Translations under genes and position numbers: made by a program
The notes under the pieces: model-generated
Seen by the model: only the letters and a program-made list of their open reading frames with translations
Databases searched by the model: none
Told to the model about the DNA's origin: nothing
NCBI RefSeq assembly: GCF_964355755.1
Contig: NC_092676.1
Location: 4,627,888 to 4,691,887 of the forward strand
Direction of reading: 5' to 3'
Origin: Antedon mediterranea
Lineage: Eukaryota; Animalia; Echinodermata
DNA: 64,000 nucleotides
In this document: in pieces, positions 60,501 to 64,000 of the stretch
Layout: every line of letters starts with the position of its first letter
Numbering within the stretch: the stretch's first letter is position 1

Positions 60501-63426
60501 TAGTGAGTGAGTGGCCAAGCGTGGAACCGTAATTACGTAGCCATTAACATCGGCAAGGGTTCAAGGCTCACTCTCTCATGATTCTGGTGGTAGAACAAGT
60601 CTTCTCGGATAAGGACTATAAACTGTAGGTCAAGCTAGCTCATGTGCACTTTAAAGAACCTTGTACAATTTGTGTGTTGTCAAAAAGATGTCAGGTTTTG
60701 ATAGATTTTCCAAATATAATTTTAAAATCCTTAATATTTACAAATTATACATTTTTTTCAGACTGACAGTGGCAGAGCAAATGCAGAAGAGGAGGAAGTG
60801 AACGAGTTGGAGGAAGATGATCATGACCTCTTTGGTGACCAGTTGATCAGTATAGCATTCTTAGGAAGGTCTTGTCTGGACCACAGCTTACAACTTAATA
60901 TCAAGTAAGTCTTCTGGATTTTGTAATTTTTATTTTGCTTGGGTGTAAGTGGGAATTCAAAGTCTTCTACCCATATTAAAACTAATGGTAATAACATTCT
61001 GCCATCCACCAATAACATTCTGCCATCCACCAATAATATTCTTCCATCCACCAATAACATTCTGCCATCCACCAATAACATTCTGCTATCCAATAACATT
61101 CTGCCATCCACCATCTACACTATCTTGTTTCATCGCTTACTATAAATTTAAACAAATGATTGGTATTGCAGAATATTAGAGGAGAGAATACAGCGCCTGC
61201 ACAGCCACCTACAACGAGTGAAATCACAATCAACCGCTGGTGCTTCAGTAGATAATATGGATAGTAAACTAATGGTTGATTTATTTGAAGATATACATTG
61301 GCTTGTTCTTATATCAGGTACGTATAAAGGCCCATTTACACTAGAATGATAACGATCGACCATAAATAGTTAAATGTACATTTTTCTTGAATAAAACAGA
61401 AGGAAGTAGATAGGCCTAAGTTTTAGAACTATAGGATAATTATTTATGCTGCAGTGTCTTTGATAAAATGATTTTCCTTTAAAATCCAATCAAATGACAT
61501 CATGATCAATACAAACAATAACATCGTTGTATTGTCACGATATTGCTCCTACCAATCATGACGTCATTTGATTGGACGTGTGGAAATATAATTTTCATCA
61601 AAGGCAGCATAGATGGTTATCCTATTTTTCTAGATTAAAAACATTTTAAATTTCTTTTTGTTTCAGGTGTGAAAAATGAATATTTATCTATTTATCGTCA
61701 ATCGTTAACATCCTAGTGTAAATGCGCCTTAACACATCTCATGTGAAGGACAAGGACAATAAGAATATTAACATTAAATAAGCTTTTAAACCTCTATGGA
61801 TAAATTTAACAAATAAAATCCTATACAATTTTGATTAATTTGGAATATATTAGAACTCCATTATTTTTTTATAGGGTACTTACTAGCTGATAATGCCAAG
61901 GGGGAAACCCCTCTCGTTCCCTTTGAGGTAATGGAATATTCCATCCACGAAACACCAAATGTAAATATTGAGACGACATTACAAGTATTAGGCTCACCAG
62001 GACATACAGCATCTTCTATACCTGGTAGTGAATCCGGAGATAAAGTTGTGAGGTAAGCAGTAAATTCAGACTATTTTCTTTTCTATCGAGTAAAGAATGA
62101 AACAAAACTATAACTCGAATGAACGAATATTGATGATACCAACCACCACCATCAACGTTGTAATTTCCGGTCTGAAAATTATATATTTTTTAGACTATAT
62201 TTAGCAAATTTGTAGTTATGGACGTGTTCCTTAGATTATGACCAATCAGAAAAAAGAGGCCATTTTCCATTTAATGACCTCTTTAAGCTCTGTCTACACT
62301 ATCAAATTGTATGTGACAAAGAAATGTGATGTGCCCATATATGGACACAATGATGTCCTATCACTACCATATTTAGGCATATCACTACCATATTCAGGCA
62401 CATCACACTTTTTTTTGATAGTGTGGACAGAGCTTTAAAAAATAATTAGTAGTAATAAGTAGTTAAAAAAGTTTTTTTTTTTAGATTGATAGCGGCAGTA
62501 TTTCGTTTATCTGAAGTTGAACGACGTGCAATAGAAGCGAATCTTGCGTATATTCTCAGTCCACAACTGGGCACTACCATCGTCTGGTTTCTCCAGCGAT
62601 GGTGTCGCACTTATCTTGTCCTAAAGGAGAATTACTATTCGCAGGTTAGTTAAATATAAGCGCTAACTCAATTATTGAGGATATCTTAGCCAAGGATTTT
62701 TCTTTAACGTATTATTTTAAATTTTTTAGTGCAATTTTTATTTTTGGTTCCGATCTTCTTTCGAATTGTGAAAATACTTTTATTATGTACAACAATTTCT
62801 TGTTAATTCAGGAAGATTTGATTGATGTTCCAGTTAGTTTTTGTTTTAAAATGTTGTATTTGTTAATCAATCTTCTGCCATATGGACATATGCTGATTTA
62901 TTTGAGATCATAGCGAGTGAGTAGCTGAGTGGTTAAGACAGTGGGACCGTAATTACGTAGCCATAACATCGGCAAGGGTTCGAGACTCACTCGTTCAATG
63001 GTTCTGGTGGTAGAACGAGTCTTCTTGGATAAGGAATTTAAACCGTAGGTCCAGTGTACCCTGGGGTACTAGTACATCAAAGCCACTGATCATAGCTCCC
63101 TCTGGAAGACCAGTCTTTGACTGAAAAGGTTGCCCAGTATAAATAAAATATTTTCAATTAAATTCAATCTAATGATGGACTATGTATTATGTTGTAAACA
63201 AAGTTACAAACTCACAAATGAAAAAAAATGACAATCTAATATTTCTCTTTTCTTAGGTCAGTCTTCCCATTGTCAGCGCCTTTGGGATGGACACGGCAGG
63301 ATCCCAGTGGGCTACCAGCTTCCTCCTGGAAAAAGTGATTTCAAATTTATCCGTTTGGAGCTCAGAAGAAACGCTAGCGAATGATACAATCAATTTACTT
63401 GTTACATTAGTTGAGAAAAAAGAAAG
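45576..63426 (+). CDS. XPO4: Exportin-4, 3'-partial; exons 45576-45623, 46265-46370, 46536-46677, 47126-47261, 47671-47787, 48152-48308, 49132-49244, 49927-50084, 50615-50792, 57232-57408, 60762-60904, 61172-61317, 61875-62052, 62485-62644, 63257-63426
   Basis: LEQAAHIILAPP...QRQAAEEVILAFRKS...DYVLFQAATTI...LQSYVREQVLQAVAIIFKRGTLD, GLNWEFH..CKRNFE, YLQCHLATPDGTRN and LFEDIHWLVLISGYLLAD match exportin-4 as I recall it. Confidence 0.93.
46697..46935. repeat. Degenerate ~21-bp tandem (GGGTATAAGCCCACC core), probably MITE subterminal repeats
   Basis: About 11 units following TACAGTAC. Confidence 0.75.
48309..49131 (+). other. U12-type (minor spliceosome) AT-AC intron in XPO4
   Basis: 5' end ATATCCTTT; branch point TTCCTTAAC at 49114-49122; AC 3' end 9 nt later. 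Splicing keeps the frame (C|CA = Pro). Confidence 0.92.
49620..49890 (+). mobile_element. SINE with a Deu/Nin-like central domain; further copies with tRNA-like heads at ~60500-60665 and ~62910-63060
   Basis: Shared GTCTTCTCGGATAAGGACTATAAACCGTAGGTCC block at three loci, followed by GCACTTTAAAGAACC in two of them. Confidence 0.65.
51498..51998. mobile_element. Kolobok-like MITE, inverted and internally deleted sister of 26718-27343
   Basis: TTAA TSD; perfect TIR AGACACCTTCCCTAC / GTAGGGAAGGTGTCT. Confidence 0.88.
53946..55913 (-). CDS. Single-coding-exon immunoglobulin-superfamily type I membrane protein (V-set + C2-type + third Ig domain; nephrin/kirre-like ectodomain), nested antisense in XPO4 intron 9
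   Basis: 655-aa ORF with a signal peptide; LKC...IYWY...YNLNI...DDGQYNC; FICES.GGKPPAKLEW...FICNA; FTC...FFWS...VRCE; TM segment GFIFVLLLNSGGIGFLALLIITLFC; long cytoplasmic tail. Confidence 0.9.
   Translation of the reverse strand: MYRTIILEVFLFVLTWSSNAYILENPQSTTRLQGEPVVLKCRVNNTANCNIYWYRVDKHEYVSEGINIFTDLGKDAERYSVTGNASQGEYNLNIQKLRVDDDGQYNCVCYSLVTLETIYSDIAQLTILSPPDANQPTCLTRPPETEIIIGHNVTFICESFGGKPPAKLEWNLGNVTLPGSYEVGFFPRNTYTRKITADDKGAVFICNATSRAIRKITACKIGPIRIQQHAQIRITPSVAYTLEGKSISFTCSHQTENPSVYKSDFFWSINGKKILHDSKEIKFSIDHKTMHIVSAKKTLDKATVRCELKSTYQTLAFAEAKIVVRTIKIPRPLLVIQTQSTTEMPTKSAGNSFLSLDPNEKRGFIFVLLLNSGGIGFLALLIITLFCTPKLIRKCRSNQKRSIRSISGSSRSSSSGYREVNYSHRNQQVGIVNNDEIAHLYAATDDMENAGNRNSIVHSTGQSPGNATLHIVLHSANEEKKSTISVLQDKKEQDESFYMIPKDPPVPKYPGRPELPPAPKYPAPDIPAPKYPERSDYQSPKYRERSDYPAPKYPERSDYLAPKYPETSDHPAPKYPERSDYPAPKYPGRSNSSASGKNPFLSRDQSFENSAYNKVLRDSKSKPARRHSTGEKLKKPKQYANVDYDDEDDPFLISY
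54148..54400 (-). repeat. Coding 33-bp tandem repeat (PAPKYPERSDY-type units)
   Basis: Unit TTTCCGGGTATTTTGGTGCCGGATAATCAGATC and variants; eight PKY motifs in the translation. Confidence 0.92.
58303..58628. mobile_element. Representative of the dominant PIF/Harbinger-like MITE (about 20 full or partial copies in the window); this copy has about 10 internal 21-bp units
   Basis: TIR AGCTCTGTCTACACTATCAAAC with TAA/TTA flanks; unit CCCAAATATGGTAGTGATATT. Other copies near 4640, 19745, 21857, 22270, 25360, 25722, 32915, 33457, 42474, 48733, 57059 and 62284. Confidence 0.88.
59590..60238 (-). mobile_element. Non-autonomous Helentron-type (HINE/DINE-like) element
   Basis: Minus strand: TTACCTCCGCCAAGGAGGT start, (TTTG)n microsatellite, 3' sub-TIR GGCGGAGGTA, hairpin CACTCTCGGAGTG, and CTAG end in a T-run. 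Confidence 0.8.
60988..61115. repeat. 21-bp minisatellite CAATAACATTCTGCCATCCAC (~6 units)
   Basis: Directly visible; explains ORFs 60821-61179. Confidence 0.92.
61328..61730. mobile_element. Harbinger-like MITE containing a second inverted-repeat element (~61430-61626)
   Basis: Outer ends AGGCCCATTTACACTAG / CTAGTGTAAATGCGCCT; inner ends ATAGGATAA...ATGCTGC / GCAGCAT...TTATCCTAT. Confidence 0.65.
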
Positions 63427-63527
63427 GTTGGTTTACTGTCAAATTTCTATAGTATTATAATCCATAATATTAAGATAAATAAATATAATAATTTAATAAT
63501 AATTATAAATAATAATACATAATTCTT

Positions 63528-63889
63528 ATAGAGTATCATGGTGTGACATCACAACGATAGAGGGCGCTTCATGATTGCTAGACAACCAAAAAATGCGTTC
63601 AGCGCTACTATGTTGATAAACAGTAAAGATCTGTATTTCTATCAAATTATGTATCTTAGCTTGATTGTTTTTAGCTTAAACTATAGTTGAAGAATAAATA
63701 AATTATTAAAAACAAATATTTGGTGATCTTTTGAAATTTTAGTTTGTTTTTATTGAAAATTATTAATAAGCCTATTCCAAACCATTGGTGATTTTGGAGT
63801 CACTCAGGCAGGCTGAACGCATTTTTGGTAGCGCTATCAACCACGCAGCGCCACCTACCGTCGTGACGTCAGCACCGTGGTACTCTATA
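63528..63889. mobile_element. Fold-back MITE with long imperfect TIRs
   Basis: ATAGAGTATCATGGTG...AAAAATGCGTTCAGC versus GCTGAACGCATTTTT...CACCGTGGTACTCTATA. Confidence 0.7.
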
Positions 63890-64000
63890 GTACAGTAATA
63901 ACATTTGATGACTATGAAACTTTATGTGACAAAAAATGTCATATCACTTCCATATTTGGGCATATCACTTAACTACCATATTTGAGCACATCACACTATT

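Overview
Eukaryotic, AT-rich, intron-rich genomic DNA from an invertebrate animal. A deuterostome such as an echinoderm is plausible but not provable from sequence. The ORF track mostly shows exon fragments and repeat-derived spurious ORFs, so gene models were rebuilt by hand from splice sites. Genes: two tandem cytosolic sulfotransferases on + (1-3513, 5'-partial; 4454-7000); a 22-exon M16 metallopeptidase (C05D11.1-like, 8168-26261); a ~8 kb tandem duplication (24131-32143 / 32144-39893) carrying two near-identical minus-strand sulfotransferases and a frameshifted copy of the peptidase 3' end; SUPT3H (40835-44769); and exportin-4 (45576 onward, running off the window). XPO4 has a U12-type AT-AC intron, and its intron 9 hosts an antisense, single-coding-exon Ig-superfamily receptor whose cytoplasmic tail carries tandem Pro/Tyr repeats and ITIM-like motifs. 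Introns are packed with MITEs (Harbinger-, Kolobok-, hAT-, Mutator-like), SINEs, a Helentron-type element, a LINE fragment and minisatellites. A Penelope-like fragment with an inverted repeat and a hammerhead-ribozyme core lies just downstream of the second sulfotransferase. No prokaryote-type system (CRISPR, operon) is present. I found no single clearly new system; the best leads are the nested receptor, the ribozyme-bearing Penelope insert, the tRNA-carrying Mutator MITE and the duplication.
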